Shown one piece after another: positions 8,188 to 14,975 of a DNA stretch of 16,420 nt (positions are counted from its first letter, which is position 1; each line of letters begins with the position of its first letter). The stretch is taken from positions 1 through 16,420 of the forward strand of contig CAYUDZ010000051.1 of the NCBI GenBank assembly GCA_964443575.1, in the 5' to 3' direction. This stretch comes from an uncultured Chthoniobacteraceae bacterium. GTDB taxonomy: Bacteria; Verrucomicrobiota; Verrucomicrobiia; Chthoniobacterales; CAKUMP01. The notes beneath the pieces are model-generated. The model was not told the DNA's origin. It saw only the letters and a list, made by a program, of their open reading frames with translations, and did not search any database. Both the position numbers and the translations under genes were made by a program.

Positions 8188-9159
8188 TTAATCAATCTTG
8201 CGGCGCGTTTGCAGGCTGAGGAAGATCGTTGAAATACCGCCCGAAATCAGGCCGATCCCCACCATCAAGCCGAGCAGGTGATCACTGCTGTCAGGCCACC
8301 TGATGTAAAAAATGATCGCCAGGCTCAATTGGATCAAGCCGTCGATCAAAGTGCCCCACCAGTTGGCAAGTGGCCTGGAAAATGCCGCCAGGCCCAGTTT
8401 AAATAGTCCCTGAAACCCGAGGAACCCGGCAATCAGCAGGCTTCCGGTGACCACTGCAAACTCGCGGTTGGCCAGCACCAACCCGCCAGCCAGCAGGAAA
8501 AGTAAACCGAAAAGAATAACCGGTGCACCGGAGCGCATGTCCCCACCACGCCAGGCGTACAGCAGGTGCGAAGCGCCCGAAACCAGGAAGACAATTCCCA
8601 TCAACAGCGAAAACCAGCCACCTGCATAGTGCGGAGCCGAAATAGCCGCGCCACCCAACAGTAACCCGATGAGCCCCATCCAAATTGATGCCGGTTCAGT
8701 AGCCTTGACCGGCTTTTGGCGATACTCACGCTTGGCATCCGGCTTGATCCCGCGCTCTTCTTCAATCTTTTCGGCACGACGCTTGAGGCGGTCGATCCAG
8801 TCCTGGCACTGGTTGCTGAAGATCGAGTAGTAATTACCATCCACTTGTTGTTTGAGGGCTTCGCGCATCACATCCTGTCGATAGCGGCGGCCAACCAGCC
8901 AGTACCCCTGGCTTCTCATGTCCTCAAGCGTGTTGATTTCCTTGCCGTAATCCTCCTCGGCAAAGCGCGTGCCCTTTTCACTGTAACCGATGTTATCGGT
9001 GACCCTATCACCATCGATAAAAAACAAGTGCTCGTGACGCAGCTCCAAATTCAATAGATCACCAAACTTATTGTTAAAGACCGGGGCCAGCCACGACATG
9101 CCGTCAAGGTCACGCTTGCCAAATTGGCAATAAGGCTGGGAAATAGGCTGCTCGCTCAT
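8188..9159 (-). CDS. Fusion protein with an N-terminal LRAT/NlpC-P60-superfamily-like domain and a C-terminal HdeD/DUF308-like multi-pass membrane domain.
   Basis: The N-terminal region has HEHLFFIDGDRV (compare the LRAT/HRASLS His box H.aiYvGDG.VvH) and, about 70 aa later, YYSIFSNQCQDW (compare Y.lL.NNCEHF containing the catalytic Cys). The C-terminal 180 aa consists of Gly-rich hydrophobic helices (GLIGLLLGGAAIS, LLMGIVFLVSGASHLLYAW, ILFGLLFLLAGGLVLA, LIAGFLGFQGLFKLGL, LMVGIGLISGGISTIFL) typical of HdeD-like DUF308. Confidence 0.5.
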   Translation of the reverse strand: MSEQPISQPYCQFGKRDLDGMSWLAPVFNNKFGDLLNLELRHEHLFFIDGDRVTDNIGYSEKGTRFAEEDYGKEINTLEDMRSQGYWLVGRRYRQDVMREALKQQVDGNYYSIFSNQCQDWIDRLKRRAEKIEEERGIKPDAKREYRQKPVKATEPASIWMGLIGLLLGGAAISAPHYAGGWFSLLMGIVFLVSGASHLLYAWRGGDMRSGAPVILFGLLFLLAGGLVLANREFAVVTGSLLIAGFLGFQGLFKLGLAAFSRPLANWWGTLIDGLIQLSLAIIFYIRWPDSSDHLLGLMVGIGLISGGISTIFLSLQTRRKID

Positions 9160-9241
9160 CGTTGATCAAGTTAAGGCCTGTTAGCTCAGTGAATCAAGCA
9201 AGGGAATTTACTTTAAAAAGACACCCATACTTGCTACATTT

Positions 9242-9808
9242 TTGCCATCTATGGACGACTGGTGGAACAGCCTGACCTTGGCGCTGCAAATTTTTTACGC
9301 GATCGGGATTGCTGCCGGTCTAATGCTCCTGATCCAGGTAGTGCTGACATTGCTTGGCATGGACGGCCATGACTCCCCCGAAGATTTCGCAGACCACCCG
9401 GATGGGCTCGGCGTCCTCTCGATTCGCACCGTTACTGGCTTTTTCTTTGGTTTTGGCTGGTCCGGCGTCGTGTGCATCGAAAACGGGCTGAATATTTTCC
9501 TCTCCATTCTGGTTGCCTTGATTGTCGGGATGCTTTTCCTCGGCGGCATTTACCTGCTGATGCGGACGTTGTTTTCACTGCGTGCCAGCGGCACATTGGA
9601 TTATAACAATGCCGTCGGCCAGACCGGGACCGTGTATGTATCGATACCAGCTTCACGACAGGGCTCCGGCCAAGTTGAGGTAATGGTTCAAGGGCGCCTG
9701 AGAACTGTCGCTGCTATGACCGTCCACGAAGAAATTTTACGTCCTGGAACAAAAATTACCGTGACCTCGACCATTGATCAGACCACACTCGAAGTCGCGC
9801 CATTGTAA
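9242..9808 (+). CDS. NfeD-family membrane protein (short form, with a C-terminal OB-fold domain).
   Basis: 188 aa with two or three N-terminal TM helices. The C-terminal GQTGTVYVSIPASRQGSGQVEVMVQGRLRTVAAMT...PGTKITVTSTIDQTTLEVAPL matches the NfeD beta-barrel pattern (G..G.V........G.V...G.....A......G..V.V.......L.V.P). It lies immediately upstream of an SPFH gene, the classic NfeD-SPFH pairing. Confidence 0.7.
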   Translation: MPSMDDWWNSLTLALQIFYAIGIAAGLMLLIQVVLTLLGMDGHDSPEDFADHPDGLGVLSIRTVTGFFFGFGWSGVVCIENGLNIFLSILVALIVGMLFLGGIYLLMRTLFSLRASGTLDYNNAVGQTGTVYVSIPASRQGSGQVEVMVQGRLRTVAAMTVHEEILRPGTKITVTSTIDQTTLEVAPL

Positions 9809-9843
9809 CTCTATATCACCAACACTAACAACCACCTACTCCC

Positions 9844-11583
9844 ATGGAATCCATCGTGCCAATGCTCATCCTCATTGTCGGGGGCATACTTTTATTTTTT
9901 ATTGTCGTCGCAATCTTTGCCAGCCGCTACAAGCGCTGCCCGTCCGACCGGATCCTGGTAGTCTACGGTAAGGTTGGCGGTAAAGGCGTCTCCGCCAAGT
10001 GCTATCACGGTGGTGCCGCCTTCATCTGGCCGGTAATCCAGGATTACCAGTTCATGGATCTGACGCCGATCCCGATCGATATCAAGCTGGAAGGCGCACT
10101 CTCGCAGCAGAACATCCGCGTCAATACTCCGTCAACGTTCATGGTGGGTATTAGCACCGAGCCGGGAATCATGGAGAATGCCGCCGAACGCCTGCTGGGC
10201 CTGAGCATGAATGAGGTGCGCGACCTGTCACGCGATATCATTTTCGGCCAGATGCGCGTGGTCATTGCCACCATGCCGATCGAGGAAATCAACGCCGACC
10301 GCGACAAGCTGATCGCCAACATCTCAACCGGTGTCGAGGTCGAGCTAAAGAAAGTCGGGCTGCGCCTGATCAACGTCAACATCCAGGACATTACCGACGA
10401 GAGCGGGTATATCGATGCGCTGGGTAAGGAAGCTGCAGCACGCGCAATTAACGAGGCCAAGATCAAGGTAGCCCAACAGGAGCGCGATGGTGATATCGGT
10501 TCTGCCGAAGCACAACGCGACCAACGAATCCAGGTGGCCGAAGCCAATGCCCGCGCCACCGAAGGAGAGAACCTCTCTGCCGTCGAAATCGCCCAATCCA
10601 ATTCATCCCGCCGCTCGCAGGAAGCGGAGGCGGAACGTGCTGCCTCGGCAGCAGAAAAAGTGAAGTCGGCACAAGCATTGCAGGAATCGTACACTGCCGA
10701 GCAACTCGCCGAAACCGAACGCGCCAAGCGCGAAGAGGCGACGCAATATGCCAACATCGTGGTGCCTGCGGAAATCGAGAAAAAACGCATCGAAACCCTG
10801 GCGGAGGCGGAAGCGGAAAAAGAACGTCGCGTGCGTAAGGGTGAAGCAGACGGTAAGTTCTCGCTCATGGAAGCGGAAGCCCGCGGCCTGATGGAAATCC
10901 TGACCCGTAAGGCAAACGGTTTTGAAAGTATCGTCAAGGCCTGTGGCGGCAATGCCGAACAAGCCGCACTGATGCTGGTAACGGAACAGCTGCCGGATCT
11001 GGTTGCCGAACAAGTCAAGGCGATCTCCAACCTCAAGATCGATTCGGTGACTGTCTGGGAGGGTGGAAAAGGAGCTGATGGCAAGGGATCGACCGCCGAC
11101 TTTGTCTCCGGCCTGGTCGGTGCGCTGCCACCGCTGCATGATCTCACCAAGAATGTTGGCATCAAGATGCCTGATTACCTTGGCAGCGTGATCGAAGTGG
11201 GTAGTTCCGATCCTGAGAAGCTCAAAGCCCTGGCCGATCAACTCAAAAAAAAAGCGGAGATAACCGAGGCAAATAGGACTGAAGTGCGGCAGTGGCTGGA
11301 TAAAAATCGCCAGCTACTGGTTTCCTTTGACTTCAACGAGGACTCGAAGATCGATGCCAAGGAACTTGATGCGGCTGCCAAAATGGCAATCGAGTGGGGC
11401 AGCAAGGCGAACAACGACCCGCAAGGCAAAAGCTGGCACTATGCCGACAGCGGCAAGTCGCATGGCCCGGTCAGTTGGCAGGAATTAGCCGACCAGGCCA
11501 AGGACAACCCAAAGTTGTTCATTTGCTATGATAACGCCGACTACTGGTTACCATTCGAAGCAGTTGCGATGTGCTGTGATTAA
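9844..11583 (+). CDS. Flotillin-like SPFH-domain protein (YqiK/FloT-like) with a non-canonical C-terminal extension.
   Basis: 579 aa. It has an N-terminal TM helix (IVPMLILIVGGILLFFIVVAIFA) and an SPFH/Band-7 core (...FIWPVIQDYQFMDLTPIPIDI...TMPIEEINADRDKL...). A long Glu/Ala-rich coiled flotillin region follows (AEAQRDQRIQVAEANARA...AEAEAEKERRVRKGEADGK). The roughly 100 aa after position 11260 are atypical (see findings). Confidence 0.85.
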   Translation: MESIVPMLILIVGGILLFFIVVAIFASRYKRCPSDRILVVYGKVGGKGVSAKCYHGGAAFIWPVIQDYQFMDLTPIPIDIKLEGALSQQNIRVNTPSTFMVGISTEPGIMENAAERLLGLSMNEVRDLSRDIIFGQMRVVIATMPIEEINADRDKLIANISTGVEVELKKVGLRLINVNIQDITDESGYIDALGKEAAARAINEAKIKVAQQERDGDIGSAEAQRDQRIQVAEANARATEGENLSAVEIAQSNSSRRSQEAEAERAASAAEKVKSAQALQESYTAEQLAETERAKREEATQYANIVVPAEIEKKRIETLAEAEAEKERRVRKGEADGKFSLMEAEARGLMEILTRKANGFESIVKACGGNAEQAALMLVTEQLPDLVAEQVKAISNLKIDSVTVWEGGKGADGKGSTADFVSGLVGALPPLHDLTKNVGIKMPDYLGSVIEVGSSDPEKLKALADQLKKKAEITEANRTEVRQWLDKNRQLLVSFDFNEDSKIDAKELDAAAKMAIEWGSKANNDPQGKSWHYADSGKSHGPVSWQELADQAKDNPKLFICYDNADYWLPFEAVAMCCD

Positions 11584-11622
11584 TTCGTGTCTTTAGCGGG
11601 CTGGGATGAAATTCGGCCTCCA

Positions 11623-12762
11623 TCATGCCATAACTTTTATCACCAATTTGCTGAGGATCACCGAGTGGTCGAGTTGGGTCGTCACCAACTCCAAATTGGC
11701 ATCGCCGCATGCTTGCAGCGCAGTTTCCAGCTCCGCCAGGGTAAAATTCCTGCAATTGACAGCAGCAATACCCAGCGCGTAGGTATTTACCGTTCCATCC
11801 TTCTTACGTGGTAAATGCCTGCTGGAACTGGGAGCAGCACGCTTGACCAGGCTCGCGAACTGTCGCGGGTCGGATGGTGCTGCAAAATCATTATCTTCCA
11901 GAAATGCCTTAACGTGCAAAAGGTTACGGGTGGTCGGAACCAGCGCCGCCAGCAGCAGACCGATCGCTGACTCGCCGCGTGCAAGAAATTCGTCAATCAG
12001 GCGCAGGGTAGTTGCCATATCGCGTGCAGCAAAAGCATTACCAATTTCCCAAATAACTCCTGCCCTGGTTTGGGCGACCAGGACACGGATATCATCGATC
12101 TCGGCAACATCTTTGCCGTTGCCAAGGAACAGCCTTATTTTCTCCAGCTCAGCATCGATCTGGCGCGATTCGGTCGAACACATCATCAGAAATAACTCAA
12201 GTGCATCCACTGAAAACCGAAACCCCAATTCCTCAGCGCGCTGCTCCAGCACCGACGCCAAGGCACCTTCACCGGCACGCGAGTAATCGATTGAATCCAG
12301 TACCTCCACCCTGGCACATTTTTCTAAGCGTTTGTAAAAACTTTTACGTTTGTCTATTTCAGTAGCCGATAACAGGAAGTTCACCCCATCCTGCAGGCCC
12401 TCTTCCAGGGTATCGACCAGTTTCTCGAGTGCCTCTTTGACCCGCTCTGATCGACCCATCTGGTTATCTGCCAGGAAGGAAACATTTTTCAGCCAAACCA
12501 GTTTGCCGCCACCAAAAAATGCGACCGTGTTCAACGAGTCAATTGCTTCGTGAACCCGCTGGATCGCTTCATCGACCAACTCAGCGGTGCCATCGATGGT
12601 ATCCAGTGCAAAATCACCCCCATCCTCAGGTGTCAACAGCGCGGCCTTTTCACGAGCCGTAGCGGTTACTTTGGCACTATCAGATCCGACAACAGCCTGG
12701 ATCGGGTGATCCGGCGGCAAGTTGGATGATGACTTTTTACGAGCCTGCTTACGCACCGCCAT
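11623..12762 (-). CDS. holA: DNA polymerase III delta subunit (HolA)-like.
   Basis: Segment-by-segment pattern similarity to E. coli HolA: VAFFGGGKLVWLKN ~ SLFASRQTLLLLLPE; ELGFRFSVDALELFLMMCSTESRQIDAELEKIRLF ~ QLNLELDDAANQVLCYCYEGNLLALAQALERLSLL; IWEIGNAFAARDMATTLRLIDEFLARGESAIGLLLAL ~ FHWVDALLMGKSKRALHILQQLRLEGSEPVILLRTL. The first ATG is at 12762; the ORF track extends to a TTG at 12771. The start codon lies 5 nt after the stop of the upstream peptidase gene. Confidence 0.65.
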   Translation of the reverse strand: MAVRKQARKKSSSNLPPDHPIQAVVGSDSAKVTATAREKAALLTPEDGGDFALDTIDGTAELVDEAIQRVHEAIDSLNTVAFFGGGKLVWLKNVSFLADNQMGRSERVKEALEKLVDTLEEGLQDGVNFLLSATEIDKRKSFYKRLEKCARVEVLDSIDYSRAGEGALASVLEQRAEELGFRFSVDALELFLMMCSTESRQIDAELEKIRLFLGNGKDVAEIDDIRVLVAQTRAGVIWEIGNAFAARDMATTLRLIDEFLARGESAIGLLLAALVPTTRNLLHVKAFLEDNDFAAPSDPRQFASLVKRAAPSSSRHLPRKKDGTVNTYALGIAAVNCRNFTLAELETALQACGDANLELVTTQLDHSVILSKLVIKVMA

Positions 12763-12767
12763 AATGG

Positions 12768-13688
12768 TCAACCGTCAAACTTAGCAAGTGCTTCCGAGAA
12801 TTCGGAATAGTCTTCGAATTTGTCACCATACACATCGATGACAGCTTTCTCGATGTTGTTAGCTACCAACAGTGCATCTACAAATTCACGGAATCTGTCA
12901 TCCGGCAACTCCATCATCATAAACCGCACAACCCGTTCACTGGACTGGTAAAATTGTGAAATTTCATTTGTCGATTTGGGGTAAAAATCGGAGTTCATCA
13001 ACTCATCGAGAGTAAATTTTGCGTTCTTAAGCGGGTATAGGTGGCGTCCCAGCGTCTGGTTTTTGCGCTCAGCAACCCCAGCCACCGCGGTAAATTCAGC
13101 AAACCCCTCGTTCAGCCAAAGTGGCCAGCGCTTTGCTTTAAATATGCGTGCTACTGCGGCGTGTGCAGTTTCATGGGCCAGTGTATTGCTGTCGAACCGT
13201 CGCGAATTGCCTGAATAGCGCACATTGAGGAACAACTCATCGCCAACAGCGACACTGTTCGACCACTTAGGTAGCCCGGTGTCAGCCACAAATTCAACCC
13301 ACTCCTGCTCATCTTCAAAAATAAATACGTGGGACTTGTTCTGGTAGTCATCCGGTGTGGCATGCAGTAGCTTGGCGGCAAACCACAGCACAAATTCGAT
13401 TTCACGCGCCACTTTTTTCGCTTCCGTGACCCGCCTGAAATGGAGAACGAAATTATCGGTTTCAGCGTGCCGCCATTTCCTGCGATCCACCTCGAGTGCC
13501 CGTTCACCATATTTGGAAATGTTTTTTATTTCTATTTTGTCCCAATCGATCTCCTCCAACGGGATATTGCGTGGTGGCGGCTGCGACTCTGCCTGGAGTG
13601 CAGCCTGGCTCATGGTTGCCAGCAAACAAAATGCTGCCGCTATGAGTACTGTGATCTGATTTTTGTATCTGTCAGTTGCCTGTTGCAT
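12768..13688 (-). CDS. Secreted minimal gluzincin-like zinc metallopeptidase (peptidase MA-like domain), paralog A.
   Basis: Signal peptide with n/h/c regions (MQQATDRYKNQ-ITVLIAAAFCLLA-TMSQA|ALQA). The catalytic-type motif is HETAHAAV-x17-WLNEGFAEF (HExxH plus downstream Glu, M1/thermolysin-like). The likely start ATG at 13688 overlaps the 3' end of paralog B by 17 nt. The ORF track's first Met is at 13709. Confidence 0.6.
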   Translation of the reverse strand: MQQATDRYKNQITVLIAAAFCLLATMSQAALQAESQPPPRNIPLEEIDWDKIEIKNISKYGERALEVDRRKWRHAETDNFVLHFRRVTEAKKVAREIEFVLWFAAKLLHATPDDYQNKSHVFIFEDEQEWVEFVADTGLPKWSNSVAVGDELFLNVRYSGNSRRFDSNTLAHETAHAAVARIFKAKRWPLWLNEGFAEFTAVAGVAERKNQTLGRHLYPLKNAKFTLDELMNSDFYPKSTNEISQFYQSSERVVRFMMMELPDDRFREFVDALLVANNIEKAVIDVYGDKFEDYSEFSEALAKFDG

Positions 13689-14562
13689 AATCTTTAAACT
13701 CTTTTTCAAATCTTTCCCAATCCTGCATCAGTTCCGGGTAGTGCCGCTGCAAGGCCGACTCGACTCGTGCGCCGCCGGCCATGCTTTCCAAGAATGGTAA
13801 AAATGCCTGCTGCTCGGTTGCCCGCAAAAACCGTACCATCCGGTGCGACTGGTCGTAGAACGCCCGCACCTGTGCCGGCTTCCGCGGATACGAGCGCATG
13901 CGAAAGAATCCATCCAGTGGGATATAATAGTTTGTTTCAACAGCTCTGGCAACTGGCTTTGCCTGATAACCACGGGCCCGGAAAAAACTCGCATAGGCAA
14001 TGATCGAGGCAAATTCCGCATATCCTTCCTCCAGCCAAACCGGTAAGTTACCCGGAAGAAAGCGGTCAATTACCAGGTGCACAACCTCATGCCCCAAAGT
14101 ATGACCCTTATATTTATACTTTGGGTTACGCTGGATGTATAACTCGCCATTCGTGTGGATCCCACCAGTCCACGGTTCCAGGGCCGCACCCTGCTTGAAC
14201 GCATCCCAGTCTGCATCTGACTCAAATATGAAGATGTGCGACTTGCGTTCCCAGTTTTCTGTACTTTTCCCAAGGTCATCTGCTATCACGCGATAATAAA
14301 ACTCCGCCTCCACCGACACCGGAGTAGCTATAAAGCTATTGAAATAGTGGTAAACGAAATTCTCGGTTTCCGCGTGCAGCCAGCCATCTTGGTTGATTCG
14401 CAGCGCTTTCTCACCCATCGTGCTGATACTGTTGTCAGTGAGATTTTGGAATAGCACTGGCTCCAATGCGCCGGGATTAGCTGCATGACAAATCGGTGCT
14501 ACGCCTGCGATGAGCACAGAAAGAACGGCGATTTGTAAGGTTCGGGAGCCTGCCAGTTGCAT
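13672..14562 (-). CDS. Secreted minimal gluzincin-like zinc metallopeptidase (peptidase MA-like domain), paralog B.
   Basis: Signal peptide MQLAGSRTLQIAVLSVLIAGVAPICHA|A. It has HEVVHLVI-x16-WLEEGYAEF. It shares blocks with paralog A (WLHAETENFVYHY vs WRHAETDNFVLHF; KSHIFIFESDADWDAF vs KSHVFIFEDEQEWVEF). Confidence 0.6.
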   Translation of the reverse strand: MQLAGSRTLQIAVLSVLIAGVAPICHAANPGALEPVLFQNLTDNSISTMGEKALRINQDGWLHAETENFVYHYFNSFIATPVSVEAEFYYRVIADDLGKSTENWERKSHIFIFESDADWDAFKQGAALEPWTGGIHTNGELYIQRNPKYKYKGHTLGHEVVHLVIDRFLPGNLPVWLEEGYAEFASIIAYASFFRARGYQAKPVARAVETNYYIPLDGFFRMRSYPRKPAQVRAFYDQSHRMVRFLRATEQQAFLPFLESMAGGARVESALQRHYPELMQDWERFEKEFKDYATGN

Positions 14563-14842
14563 GGTTTTAGTTTATTCCTACTGTCTTCTCGGGTGCTTAC
14601 CAGTATTGCCCTTAACTCGGTGTCGTTGGAACTTATCACCGGGCTGAAAAGTCTCAAAGGATTATCAGTAAATGCAGTAACAAAAATTGGCCAATTGCCG
14701 ACTACTCCCTGATCATATTACTACACTTAGGTAATAAATCGCCACATCGAGCGCCGCACAAACCAACTTTGGCACCCGAGTATCGTGCTATGAAGCAGTT
14801 TTTCTCCTATGGCACAGGAATTGCTAATTGCTTTCCATGCCT

Positions 14843-14930
14843 TGCGGTCCGGCCGAAAGGGATTCTCATTCAGCAAAGAGTTGGGGGGCTCTAAACTGGA
14901 AACGGGTTTGGCCGGACCGCATTCTTTTTA
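14843..14930 (+). terminator. Long imperfect hairpin followed by a T-run. It looks like an intrinsic terminator or a structured RNA 3' end on the plus strand.
   Basis: TGCGGTCCGGCCGAAA (14843..14858) pairs with TTTGGCCGGACCGCA (14906..14920), giving a 15-bp stem with a one-base bulge. The intervening 47 nt have a possible inner AGAG/CTCT sub-hairpin. ATTCTTTTTA follows at 14921..14930. There is no U-tract on the minus-strand side, so the orientation favours a plus-strand transcript. Confidence 0.35.
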
Positions 14931-14975
14931 TCCGGCGAGCCCTACTAGACCATATGTATCTGGTGTGAAATTCGA

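Noticed and set aside
10044-11241. Long minus-strand ORFs (373 aa and 212 aa) inside the flotillin gene.
   Set aside because: They are antisense to the Glu/Ala-rich repeat region, which has few stops on the reverse strand. The translations are Ser/Ala/Arg-rich low complexity with no recognisable motifs. The plus-strand flotillin reading is far better supported.
14790-14897. 35-aa ORF (MKQFFSYGTGIANCFPCLAVRPKGILIQQRVGGL) inside the gap.
   Set aside because: It has no ribosome-binding site, it spans one arm of the long hairpin, and it has no distinctive features. A reading frame of this length in 400 bp is expected by chance.
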